A DNA stretch of 64,000 nt from a virus, in the IMG/VR virus record IMGVR_UViG_3300025769_014365, positions 1 through 64,000 of that record; one strand, written 5' to 3'. This document shows positions 1 through 9,065 of the stretch, piece by piece. The stretch's first letter is position 1, and the number at the start of each line of letters is the position of its first letter. The notes beneath the pieces are model-generated. The model saw only the letters and a program-made list of their open reading frames with translations. It searched no databases and was not told the origin of the DNA. The position numbers and the translations under genes are program-made.

Positions 1-2349
1 TTCGACATTGAGGTGGACTTCGATCCAGATCGAGGTTACTCAACGACGGATGATCCGTTCATGCCCATAACTGCCATAAGTTGTTACATGAGCTGGACGG
101 ATCAACTGGTCACACTGGCGGTGCCACCCAAGACAATCAGCATGAAGGACGCCGAAGAGCTCACGAAGAGATTCGACAACACCATGCTGTTCGAGAAAGA
201 GAAGGACATGCTGGACGCTTTCCTACAACTTGTGGAAGACGCGGACATATTGAGCGGATGGAACTCAGAGGGTTATGATATACCCTACACCGTGGGCCGG
301 ATACAGAAAGTTTTGAGTGGAGACGACACGAGGAGATTGTGTTTCTGGGGTGAGAAGCCCAAGAAGAGGGTGTTCGAGAAATATGGTCGAGAGCAGTTGA
401 GTTTTGATCTTGTGGGCAGGGTGCACCTGGACTTGCTGGAACTGTACAGGAAATACACATACGAGGAAAGGCACAGTTTCAGACTTGATGCGATTGGAGA
501 ACATGAACTTGGTGAGAAGAAGACCGTGTATGAAGGTTCTCTTGATAATCTATACAAGAACGATTTTGGCTTGTTCATAGAATACAACAGACAGGACACG
601 GCACTGCTGGCCAAACTTGAGAAGAAATTGAAGTTCATAGAACTGGCCAACGAGATCGCACACCAGAACACCGTGCTACTACAGACCACGATGGGCGCAG
701 TGGCAGTGACGGAACAGGCCATAGTGAACGAAGCACACAGGAGAGGCATGCAGGTGCCCGGCAGGAAGTACAAGAAGGAAGGTGAGGAGAACCAACCAGC
801 CGCTGGCGCATACGTGGCCACGCCTAAGAAAGGCATACATGACTGGATCGGATCCATTGACATCAACAGTCTATATCCTAGTGTGATCAGGGCATTGAAC
901 ATGGGTCCAGAGACCATCGTGGGACAGATAAGGCCAGTGATAACTTCCGCGGAGATCAACAGGGCCAAACACGCTAAGAAGTCGTTCGCGGCCGCGTGGG
1001 ATAGCCAGTTCGGCTCATGGGAGTACCAGGCAGTGATGAAACAGGACAAGGGCACGGAGATCATAGTGGACTGGGAGGACAAGACCAGTGTGCGTATGAG
1101 TGCGGCACAACTGTATGAAGTGATTTTCGATGGCAACAACAAGTGGATGCTCAGCGCGAATGGAACAATATTCACATACGAGTATGAGGCCATAATACCA
1201 GGATTGTTGAAACGTTGGTACGCGGAGAGACAGGAGATGCAACAGAAGATGCGTGACTGTGGCGACAACGAGATAGAACGCGAGTACTGGGACAAGAGAC
1301 AGTTGGTCAAGAAGATCAACCTGAACAGTCTGTATGGAGCGATACTGAACCCAGGATGTAGATTCTTTGACATCAGGATAGGTCAGAGTGTGACACTCAC
1401 AGGTAGATGTATCACGAGACACATGGCCAGCAAGGTCAACGAAGTTGTGGCGGGCAAGTATGATCACTTGGGCGAGAGCGTGATATACGGCGATACTGAT
1501 TCCGTTTACTTCTCGGCCGCAAAGACATTGGAAAAAGAAATCGAATCAGGCGCCATACCATGGACCAAGGACAGCGTGGTGGCACTGTATGATCGTATAG
1601 CAGATGAGGTCAACGGCTCATTCAAGGCATTCATGACCCGGGCGTTCCACACTCCGAGCACAAGAGGAGAAGTTATTGCGGCGGGCAGGGAATTGGTCGC
1701 TAGTAAAGGATTATTCATCACAAAGAAGAGATATGCGGTGCTGTACTATGACAAGGAAGGTAAACGTGCGGATGTGGAAGGCAAAGAGGGCAAAATGAAA
1801 GCGATGGGGCTAGATTTGAAGAGATCGGATACCCCTGTGTTCGTGCAGGACTTCCTCAGTGATCTACTGTACATGGTGCTGACGGGCATGACAGAGAAAG
1901 AGGTGCTTGAGAAGATCAGTGAGTTCAGGGCGGAGTTCAAGGCCAGACCAGGTTGGGAGAAGGGTTCACCTAAACGTGCCAACAACATGACCAAATACAC
2001 CGAGGAAGAGAACAAGAAGGGCAAGACCAACATGCCAGGACACGTCAGGGCCAGCATGAACTGGAACAGGTGCAGGGAGATGTACGGTGACAAATACTCC
2101 ATGCCCATAACGGATGGCGCCAAGGTGATAGTATGTAAACTGAAATCTAATCCCCTAGGTTACACCAGCATAGCATACCCTGTAGACGAGATGCGTATAC
2201 CGGAATGGTTCAAGGAACTGCCGTTTGACTCAGATGCCATGGAGAGCACGATACTTGATCAAAAGATCGACAACCTCATAGGTGTGTTGGGTTGGGACGT
2301 ACAGAGCACGGAGACCACGAACACATTCAACAAACTGTTTGAATTCTAA
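1..2349 (+). CDS. polB: Family B DNA polymerase (T4 gp43-like), 5' end outside the window
   Basis: Frame open from base 1 (FDIEVDF = ExoI motif). Also GWNSEGYDIPY (ExoII), YNRQD (ExoIII), SIDINSLYPS (motif A), KINLNSLYG (motif B), YGDTDS (motif C), KKRY. Confidence 0.97.
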   Translation, partial: FDIEVDFDPDRGYSTTDDPFMPITAISCYMSWTDQLVTLAVPPKTISMKDAEELTKRFDNTMLFEKEKDMLDAFLQLVEDADILSGWNSEGYDIPYTVGRIQKVLSGDDTRRLCFWGEKPKKRVFEKYGREQLSFDLVGRVHLDLLELYRKYTYEERHSFRLDAIGEHELGEKKTVYEGSLDNLYKNDFGLFIEYNRQDTALLAKLEKKLKFIELANEIAHQNTVLLQTTMGAVAVTEQAIVNEAHRRGMQVPGRKYKKEGEENQPAAGAYVATPKKGIHDWIGSIDINSLYPSVIRALNMGPETIVGQIRPVITSAEINRAKHAKKSFAAAWDSQFGSWEYQAVMKQDKGTEIIVDWEDKTSVRMSAAQLYEVIFDGNNKWMLSANGTIFTYEYEAIIPGLLKRWYAERQEMQQKMRDCGDNEIEREYWDKRQLVKKINLNSLYGAILNPGCRFFDIRIGQSVTLTGRCITRHMASKVNEVVAGKYDHLGESVIYGDTDSVYFSAAKTLEKEIESGAIPWTKDSVVALYDRIADEVNGSFKAFMTRAFHTPSTRGEVIAAGRELVASKGLFITKKRYAVLYYDKEGKRADVEGKEGKMKAMGLDLKRSDTPVFVQDFLSDLLYMVLTGMTEKEVLEKISEFRAEFKARPGWEKGSPKRANNMTKYTEEENKKGKTNMPGHVRASMNWNRCREMYGDKYSMPITDGAKVIVCKLKSNPLGYTSIAYPVDEMRIPEWFKELPFDSDAMESTILDQKIDNLIGVLGWDVQSTETTNTFNKLFEF

Positions 2350-2357
2350 ATACCTTT

Positions 2358-3155
2358 ATGTTGAGCATCGAAGAAATAAAATTACTGATAGAAAAATTAG
2401 AGAAAGTCAAGAAAGAGGACCTGCAGGAGTTGATAGACTCAAATCTAAAAATTCTCAAAGACATAGAACTGGCTGTTGACGCCAACAACAAGGAGGCCAT
2501 AGACAGGTTGGACAAAACCCCAGACTGGTTCAGAAGGGACCTTAAACAGAAACAACAGGAACCCACAGTTACCCCTGATGTGCGCAGGATGGTCCAGTCA
2601 AAGATATTCCAGTTCGCTAGGACCAACATCTACAACAGCCTAGAGATAGGACCAGGTGATGGCATGTTCTCAATGGACTTCCGCGCATGGAGGCTAAACT
2701 ATTTCCTTGATGTACTGCGTGACAGGGAAAAGGTCATCAGAGATTTGTTTAATCCTCAGCATCACAAGTACCTCAGATTTTTGACAACTGATAAAACTAG
2801 TTGTGACACTGTTCCGCAAGGCAGTTGCAACCTCGTGTTCAGTTGGGACACCTTCGTGTTCTTCACACAACAGCACGTGCGACAGTACTTACATGACATC
2901 AAGAGGGTGCTGATACCCGGTGGCTACTGCTTCATACAGTATGCGGACTGCCACTATGACCTTGAACTGGACCTGGCCAAGCGAGGCTACTGGAACTACA
3001 ACACCAAGACCGCCATGGCAGAAATGATCCTGCAGGAGGGATATGAAGTGGTAGAAATGAACCAATTCCGACCCGGGGCGAGTTATGCCATATTCCGTAA
3101 TCCTGGTAAACAAAATCCAGTTGTTTACGGAGTTTCTGAATTAACACTAGACTAA
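2358..3155 (+). CDS. Class I SAM-dependent methyltransferase with N-terminal coiled coil
   Basis: Motif I LEIGPGDG, LVFSWDTF, RVLIPGG. Confidence 0.8.
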   Translation: MLSIEEIKLLIEKLEKVKKEDLQELIDSNLKILKDIELAVDANNKEAIDRLDKTPDWFRRDLKQKQQEPTVTPDVRRMVQSKIFQFARTNIYNSLEIGPGDGMFSMDFRAWRLNYFLDVLRDREKVIRDLFNPQHHKYLRFLTTDKTSCDTVPQGSCNLVFSWDTFVFFTQQHVRQYLHDIKRVLIPGGYCFIQYADCHYDLELDLAKRGYWNYNTKTAMAEMILQEGYEVVEMNQFRPGASYAIFRNPGKQNPVVYGVSELTLD

Positions 3156-3176
3156 GATCTAAATATCATATACAAT
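3148..3176 (+). promoter_or_regulatory. Sigma70-like promoter TAGACT-N17-TACAAT with TAAATA inside the spacer
   Basis: Read directly; followed by AGGAG and the ATG at 3186. Confidence 0.55.
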
Positions 3177-3185
3177 AGGAGTATT

Positions 3186-3923
3186 ATGATAGACATCTTA
3201 AAAGACATCGTTAAACACACGCATGGATTGGGATTCTTGGATCTGGTCAAGATCACTGGGGACGATAAGGAAACTACTATCGACTCAATGGCCGAAGACA
3301 GATCTGTGATCCTGCAGGGGTCTTTCCACAAACCACAACCGGAGATGACGGGTACGTTCGGAATGCCTCAGATGGGCAAACTGGACATCCACCTGAAGTG
3401 TCCGGAGTACAAGGAGAAGGCGAACATAACAGTGTTGTCCGGTGAGAGAAACGGCGCAACGGTTCCGACGGGTATCCATTTCGAGAACGAGAAGGGTGAC
3501 TTCAAGAATGACTACAGGTTCATGAACGCCGAGATCATCAACGAGAAACTCAAGACGGTCAAGTTCAAGGGCGTCAAGTGGGACGTCGAGATCGAACCTT
3601 CAGTGGCGAGTGTGCAGAGATTCAACTTCCAGGCCACAGCAAACACAGAACACAATTCATTCGTCGTGAGGACGGAGGATGGAAATCTGGTATTCACCTT
3701 CGGTGACCAAGCGTCACATGGTGGTGAGTTCGTTTTCGCAACCGACGTTAAGGGCACACTTAACAAGGGTTGGAGTTGGCCGGTGGGGCAGGTGTTACAG
3801 ATACTTAAACTTTCTGACTCAGCCAAGGTCACGTTACACTTCTCTAACGAGGGTGCGATGATGGTCACTGTTGACTCAGGACTGGGCAAGTACCAGTACA
3901 TTATACCAGCACAGGCGCAGTAA
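3186..3923 (+). CDS. Probable DNA sliding clamp / processivity factor (gp45/PCNA-like)
   Basis: 245 aa, clamp-sized, two genes after the polymerase. C-terminal GKYQYIIPA resembles the terminal strand of PCNA-type clamps. Inference; no diagnostic motif. Confidence 0.55.
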   Translation: MIDILKDIVKHTHGLGFLDLVKITGDDKETTIDSMAEDRSVILQGSFHKPQPEMTGTFGMPQMGKLDIHLKCPEYKEKANITVLSGERNGATVPTGIHFENEKGDFKNDYRFMNAEIINEKLKTVKFKGVKWDVEIEPSVASVQRFNFQATANTEHNSFVVRTEDGNLVFTFGDQASHGGEFVFATDVKGTLNKGWSWPVGQVLQILKLSDSAKVTLHFSNEGAMMVTVDSGLGKYQYIIPAQAQ

Positions 3924-5371
3924 TGACGACGAACAATAGTAAGCAGGAACATTTGGGAGAACTCAGCAGAGACTTCGCGGTGTTCCTGCCTGCTATCTCA
4001 AACTTCTACAACACGTTTATCAGCAAACAGAGAGTTTCAGAAGGCAAACACATCTCAGAAGACAGGATACCCAAGGGCTTCGAGAATGGTGTGGAGGGAT
4101 TGAACTTCATCAACCCAGAACAAGGAATGTTCACATACCCCACAGCACTGTACTCGGCTGGACACGCCTGTTTGGACATGGAAAAAGTTGGAGACAGGGA
4201 TCACATGTTCGTGAACAGGGACAGGAAGTTCAGCACCATAGTGGGTGACTCCGGTGGATACCAGATAGGTAAGGGTGTAATAAAATTTGATTGGAAAGAT
4301 TTCGAGGGTAACAAAGCAAACAAGGTCAGGTCAGACATACTGAACTGGCTAGAACTAACAAGTGACTGGGCGATGACACTGGACGTGCCAACATGGGCGG
4401 CAGATGATCTAAACTCGCCAAAGACAGGACTGAACAGTTTCCGAGACACGTTAGACGGAACGATATACAACAACAAGTTCTTCCAGAAAAACAGATTGGG
4501 TCAAACCAAACTGTTGAATGTGTTACAGGGGGATGACTGGAACACGGCACAGATATGGTATGACGCAGTCAAAGACTTCGAATTCGAAGGATGGGCAATG
4601 GGTGGTATCAACATGTGTGACATGGAAGTAATGCTCAAACGTCTGATCATCATGAGAGACGAGAAGAAATTGGACGGCAAGGACTGGATGCACGTATTAG
4701 GAACATCACAGATGGATTGGGCATGTTATCTGACACAGGTCCAGAGACAGGTCAGGAAATTGATCAACCCCAACTTCACTATAAGTTTTGACAGTGCGTC
4801 CGCGTTCCTGTCCACAGCGAACGGATTGGTTTACACGCATAACTCATTCACCCCAGACAGGTTTTCATTCATAATGGACAAAGCACCAGACGACAAGCGA
4901 CTGAAAGGATCTGACATACAATTCCCGTTTGACAGCGGAATCGGACGTAGGTTGAGGATGGGAGACGTGTGCTGGTATGGCGAGAATGATGTGAACAAGA
5001 ATGGCAAGATCGGTTCAACATCGTGGGACAGTTTCAGTTATGTGCTGATGATGGCGCACAACGTTTACAACCAGATCAGGGCCATACAGATCGCCAACGA
5101 CATCAATGACATAGAATCACTGAAGCACAGGCCAGAAGTGAAACACTGGCGCAAGACCAAAGCCAGTGACAAGACCGACGAGCCCAGCATATACGTTCCC
5201 AGGAACATCCTGTACTTCAACACCTTCGTTGAAGAGGTATTCACCAGCGAGAAGCCCATGGACGTGATCGCGGGAGCGTCCAGTTACTTGTCGGACATAC
5301 GAGGCAACAGGTGGGCCAGGGCAACAGGCGGTGGCAAGGGCACCAACAACTTCAGTTCTTTATTTGAATAG
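3923..5371 (+). CDS. dpdA: TGT-superfamily 7-deazaguanine DNA transglycosylase (DpdA-like)
   Basis: TGT catalytic motifs in order: GDSGGYQ, MTLDVP, VLQG, AMGG, HVLGT, SFDSAS, late HN. Located in a folE/queE neighbourhood of a phage. Confidence 0.8.
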   Translation: MTTNNSKQEHLGELSRDFAVFLPAISNFYNTFISKQRVSEGKHISEDRIPKGFENGVEGLNFINPEQGMFTYPTALYSAGHACLDMEKVGDRDHMFVNRDRKFSTIVGDSGGYQIGKGVIKFDWKDFEGNKANKVRSDILNWLELTSDWAMTLDVPTWAADDLNSPKTGLNSFRDTLDGTIYNNKFFQKNRLGQTKLLNVLQGDDWNTAQIWYDAVKDFEFEGWAMGGINMCDMEVMLKRLIIMRDEKKLDGKDWMHVLGTSQMDWACYLTQVQRQVRKLINPNFTISFDSASAFLSTANGLVYTHNSFTPDRFSFIMDKAPDDKRLKGSDIQFPFDSGIGRRLRMGDVCWYGENDVNKNGKIGSTSWDSFSYVLMMAHNVYNQIRAIQIANDINDIESLKHRPEVKHWRKTKASDKTDEPSIYVPRNILYFNTFVEEVFTSEKPMDVIAGASSYLSDIRGNRWARATGGGKGTNNFSSLFE

Positions 5372-5380
5372 GAGGACAAC

Positions 5381-5584
5381 ATGGTAACAAAAAGAAAAAA
5401 AAGCAAAAAACTCAAGAAACTTGAAGATGAGCACCAGTACCTTGACAAGAAGGTGGCACAACTTACCAAAGACAGGCTCAAGGACAGGAGTTCCGAGAGC
5501 AAGGAGGTGCTTACCAGATTGAAGAGGACCAAGTTGATGATCAAGGATGCGATAGCCAGGGCTAGAGCCACCTTGACAAGATAG
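5381..5584 (+). CDS. Small coiled-coil protein, DUF465/YdcH-like
   Basis: Pattern LEDEHQYLDKKV...LKRTKLMIKDAI; GGAGG RBS upstream. Confidence 0.65.
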   Translation: MVTKRKKSKKLKKLEDEHQYLDKKVAQLTKDRLKDRSSESKEVLTRLKRTKLMIKDAIARARATLTR

Positions 5585-5601
5585 CCAACACATAGTATAA
5601 T
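5573..5601 (+). promoter_or_regulatory. Consensus sigma70 promoter TTGACA-N17-TATAAT
   Basis: Perfect -35 (5573-5578) and -10 (5596-5601), 5 nt before the ATG at 5607. Confidence 0.8.
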
Positions 5602-5606
5602 AAGAC

Positions 5607-6158
5607 ATGGACAGAGATTACAAAACAGGCAAGAGTGACAGTGTAGGCGTGTTTTCAGGACTGGAGATAGAACACACACCAGCCTACGGTCTACAGACAC
5701 TTTTCCTGGCAAGGAACGATCTCACACTGGAACAGATCAAAGAACTTGCTGAAATGGTCAATGCCAAAGCGATATATTATGGCGCAAACAGATCATTCAT
5801 GTACAACCACGGACTACAACTATCGCAGATGATCAAGTTAATGGAAGCAGGTTACTACGTGACCATAGATTATCCATACTCGTTACACGATGAAGTCAAA
5901 CAGAGATTCAAATTGATATGGAAGAACGAACTGTTCATACCATTCTGCTCCATAATATTTGCCAATTCCGAAGATGACGATCAACTCTGCATCAAAGTCG
6001 ATGACGTGGACTTCAACAAAACAAATCCCGGAGTATGGACAATGAGCATGAATCATTTCAAACAATCTGCAGGCTTCACTTCGTGGAAACAATACAAACA
6101 GGATAAACCAATACAGGAGAACAAATGGATACTGAGCACCAACGAAATCAAGCACTGA
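5607..6158 (+). CDS. Hypothetical phage protein
   Basis: 183-aa ORF behind a strong promoter, overlapping the next gene. Confidence 0.7.
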   Translation: MDRDYKTGKSDSVGVFSGLEIEHTPAYGLQTLFLARNDLTLEQIKELAEMVNAKAIYYGANRSFMYNHGLQLSQMIKLMEAGYYVTIDYPYSLHDEVKQRFKLIWKNELFIPFCSIIFANSEDDDQLCIKVDDVDFNKTNPGVWTMSMNHFKQSAGFTSWKQYKQDKPIQENKWILSTNEIKH

Positions 6159-6553
6159 AGGAACAGGCCAGCAAGGCCGAAAAAATGATTTGGGTAACAT
6201 TCCAGAAGGAAGGAATGCACAAATACCCGGCGGCACTGACAGATCCCAAACTGGCCACAGGCGACGAGTACGATGTGTCGTTCCTGGGACATCCACACAG
6301 ACACATTTTCCACTTCAAGGTGGCCATCGAGGTGTTCCACGATGACAGAGACATAGAATTCATACAGTTCAAGAGATGGCTGTTGAACCTGTACAAGGAA
6401 GGCACTCTACAGAACGACTTCAAGAGTTGTGAAATGATGAGTGATGACCTATACATTGAGATAGCCAAGAGATACCCGGGCAGACGTATAGATATCAACG
6501 TCTCAGAGGACGGTGAAAATGGGTCATACGCTGTGTATGAATTGAGAGATTAA
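6125..6553 (+). CDS. T-fold QueD-like protein, probable CDG decarboxylase (DpdL-type)
   Basis: FLGHPHRHIFHF fits LxxxHRHxF. Also SCEM and C-terminal VSEDGENG typical of T-fold PTPS/QueD relatives; lacks the canonical QueD CxxxHGH. AGGAG RBS. Confidence 0.7.
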   Translation: MDTEHQRNQALKEQASKAEKMIWVTFQKEGMHKYPAALTDPKLATGDEYDVSFLGHPHRHIFHFKVAIEVFHDDRDIEFIQFKRWLLNLYKEGTLQNDFKSCEMMSDDLYIEIAKRYPGRRIDINVSEDGENGSYAVYELRD

Positions 6554-6879
6554 TGAAAGAGTTACAGTTCAAACAGAAGAGAGCGACCACTAGGATGGGA
6601 CACCTGCCCATAGAGGGTGGTGGACTGAACGCTGGCTATGACACCGTAGACGCGGTGGCCAACATCTGCACCACGGCGGGCAACCTAGGAATGAAGTACG
6701 GCAAAGATTTCATATGGGCCTACTCGGGATACAGCGATGACGAAGACATGGACGAATGTATAACTCTGTTGGTCAAGGATGACAAGTACGAATCCTTCCT
6801 ACACCTGGCACTACAGAACTCACACAGGATCAAACACACCAAAAACGGCACGGTCAAACTTACAAAGGAGAGAGCATAA
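6553..6879 (+). CDS. Hypothetical protein
   Basis: 108-aa ORF with TAATG coupling to the previous gene. Confidence 0.65.
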   Translation: MKELQFKQKRATTRMGHLPIEGGGLNAGYDTVDAVANICTTAGNLGMKYGKDFIWAYSGYSDDEDMDECITLLVKDDKYESFLHLALQNSHRIKHTKNGTVKLTKERA

Positions 6880-6883
6880 CGAC

Positions 6884-7420
6884 ATGAGAGTACCATACAC
6901 AAACTTCAAAACACGAATAGGCGATGACCAAGCGGTAGGCGGATGCGCACTGATAGGTGGAGAATGGAAGGACGTCGACACAGCGGAGATATTCGACGAC
7001 AAGAAAGTGGTAGTATTCGCACTACCAGGAGCATTCACACCAACCTGTAGTTCACAGCAACTGCCGGGCTACGAGGAGAAATACGATGAGCTCAAAGCAC
7101 TGGGCGTAGATGAAGTCTACTGTCTGAGTGTAAACGATGCTTTCGTGATGAATGCTTGGGCAAGGGATCAAAAGATCGAAAGAGTAAAAGTGCTACCAGA
7201 CGGATCAGGCGTTTTCACACAAGGAATGGGAATGTTGGTCAACAAGGACCACGTGGGTTTCGGAATGAGATCGTGGAGATATTCCATGCTGGTTGACAAC
7301 GGGGAGGTCGTTAAGGTATTCGAGGAACCAGGCAAGAACAACGCGGGTGACAACGGAGATCCTTTCGAGGTCTCAGACGCAGACACAATGATCAAGTACC
7401 TGAAAGAAAATGCCGGGTAA
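6884..7420 (+). CDS. Peroxiredoxin (Prx5/redoxin family)
   Basis: FALPGAFTPTCS, SVNDAFVM, RSWRYSM. Start moved to ATG 6884 (MRVPY), downstream of GGAG. Confidence 0.93.
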   Translation: MRVPYTNFKTRIGDDQAVGGCALIGGEWKDVDTAEIFDDKKVVVFALPGAFTPTCSSQQLPGYEEKYDELKALGVDEVYCLSVNDAFVMNAWARDQKIERVKVLPDGSGVFTQGMGMLVNKDHVGFGMRSWRYSMLVDNGEVVKVFEEPGKNNAGDNGDPFEVSDADTMIKYLKENAG

Positions 7421-7601
7421 TTGGGACGGGAAATCTAGACCCAGCAACACCAACTATCGCTCGAACTACGACGACATTTTCAAGAAGAAATCCTGTCCCT
7501 GTGGCAGGTCTCCCACTGGTAAGTGCATAGGTTGGCACGGATTGACAGAAGAGCAATATCAAGTTAAACTAGCAGAGTGGAAGGAAACAAATGCTGATTA
7601 G
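7410..7601 (+). CDS. Small protein with CDGSH-like Cys3His motif
   Basis: CPCGRSPTGKCIGWH; overlaps both neighbours. Confidence 0.6.
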   Translation: MPGNWDGKSRPSNTNYRSNYDDIFKKKSCPCGRSPTGKCIGWHGLTEEQYQVKLAEWKETNAD

Positions 7602-7899
7602 ATTAATATTCGAACCCGAATCCAACGTCAATGTGAACCATGACAGAATGTTCGAGTTTTATTCAGAGAACTACCTAAGCGATTTCAATACCAAATGGGG
7701 AGGCACCATAGTGATGGACAACTTCGTGAAGAAACATTACAGACAGGAACCCTGCTACCAGAGGTACATAGAAAGTTCACAAGGCGATCAAAACACTCTA
7801 AATAAGATCATGGAGTACGTCAAAGCAAATCCAATGGCAGGATACACCACACACATATACGCAAACCCAGAAGGGGGAAATGAGGTCAAACAACTATGA
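7591..7899 (+). CDS. Hypothetical protein
   Basis: 102-aa ORF packed in the operon. Confidence 0.6.
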   Translation: MLIRLIFEPESNVNVNHDRMFEFYSENYLSDFNTKWGGTIVMDNFVKKHYRQEPCYQRYIESSQGDQNTLNKIMEYVKANPMAGYTTHIYANPEGGNEVKQL

Positions 7900-9065
7900 A
7901 GATATTTTACATGGGACTAGAGCCCTACGAAGGCAGATACACACTACAACTTCAGGATTGGACGGAGAGAGCATATAAGAAAAGAGGAATAGATTATGTG
8001 GTTGTCCCAGGTACTACAATCGATGACACGAAAGCGATCAGTGTTGGACAGGTGCTGGACGCACACGGCAGGTCATACTTCGGCATGAGCCAGATGATGA
8101 ACCTAGTACAGATGATGAGGAACGGTGAGGTCACCAACAAAGACATCATATTCTTCGAGGACATGTTCCAACCGGGCATGGAGTCACTACCGTACATCCT
8201 GAACCAAGTGGAAGACAAACACAGACCAACCATATACCTGAGATGTCTGGCACAGGCCATAGATCCGGATGACTTTGTACACGTATGGGGCATGAGCAAA
8301 TGGATGAGCATGTATGAACAGATGTGTAACGAAATTCCAAATGTAAACATACTGGCAACCAATGAGGAGATGGTGGCACATATGCGTATTGCAAATTGGT
8401 CAGCACCCATATACAACATATCAGGACTATCATTCGGTAAGGAAGAGGTTCAAAACAGGGTGGAGAACATCAAACCATTTATTGAAAGAAGCCAACGAGT
8501 GGTGTTTGGCGCCAGATGGGATCAAGAGAAACAGCCACAATTCTACATGGACCTAGCAACGGAATACAAGAAGAAACATCCAGACGTGGAATTCGCCATA
8601 TGTCAAGGTGGACCATTAAGGTCAAATAACGAATTTTATGTGCAAGAGGCCAGACACCTGGCCAAGGAAGGCATACTGACCATACACGAGAACCTTAAGA
8701 AGAACGAGTACTATGAAATATTGGCTGATTCGAGGGTGATGTTCAACTGCGCATTACAGGACTGGGTTTCAAACACAGTAAGTGAAGCGGACTCACTAGG
8801 ATGCAACACTTTATTCCCCGCATACAGATCATTCCCGGAAACATTCGCAAACGACCACACCAGGATGTACATTCCGTGGTCACAGCAGGACGCGATTGAA
8901 AAACTAGAAGTACTATTAAGCAAACCATCCCCTAGTATAGGTCGGATTTCTGATTGGACCAACGGTACCATAGACAGGATGATTGACATTATGACAGGCA
9001 AGGGAGAACAATGGAGAAGAGATGGAAGACACTACAGGACACCAGTATCAGAATCCAAGTATTAA
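7896..9065 (+). CDS. GT-B fold (GT4-like) glycosyltransferase
   Basis: GARWDQEKQP, EYYEILADSRV and NTVSEADSLGC...P match the glycosyl transferase group 1 C-terminal domain. Confidence 0.8.
   Translation: MKIFYMGLEPYEGRYTLQLQDWTERAYKKRGIDYVVVPGTTIDDTKAISVGQVLDAHGRSYFGMSQMMNLVQMMRNGEVTNKDIIFFEDMFQPGMESLPYILNQVEDKHRPTIYLRCLAQAIDPDDFVHVWGMSKWMSMYEQMCNEIPNVNILATNEEMVAHMRIANWSAPIYNISGLSFGKEEVQNRVENIKPFIERSQRVVFGARWDQEKQPQFYMDLATEYKKKHPDVEFAICQGGPLRSNNEFYVQEARHLAKEGILTIHENLKKNEYYEILADSRVMFNCALQDWVSNTVSEADSLGCNTLFPAYRSFPETFANDHTRMYIPWSQQDAIEKLEVLLSKPSPSIGRISDWTNGTIDRMIDIMTGKGEQWRRDGRHYRTPVSESKY

Noticed and set aside
285-1373. 362-aa minus-strand ORF and the many other antisense ORFs in the track (e.g. 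16370-17317, 37146-37859, 47789-48535, 56267-56953)
   Set aside because: They are shadows of well-supported genes on the opposite strand, with no motifs or RBS; they are expected from the codon bias.
3923-5371. Ordinary tRNA-guanine transglycosylase (tgt)
   Set aside because: It lacks the CxCxxC zinc site of bacterial TGT, is much diverged and is embedded with phage replication genes. A DNA-acting DpdA is more plausible, though untested.
6125-6553. Canonical queD
   Set aside because: No CxxxHGH motif; LxxxHRHxF instead. Symbol withheld.
6779-6883. N-terminal extension of the peroxiredoxin given in the ORF track
   Set aside because: It overlaps the upstream gene; ATG 6884 with an RBS gives a normal-length Prx. 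Similar start corrections were applied at 11003, 12033, 26792, 31063, 32248, 34525, 38356, 38676, 45246 and 48581.
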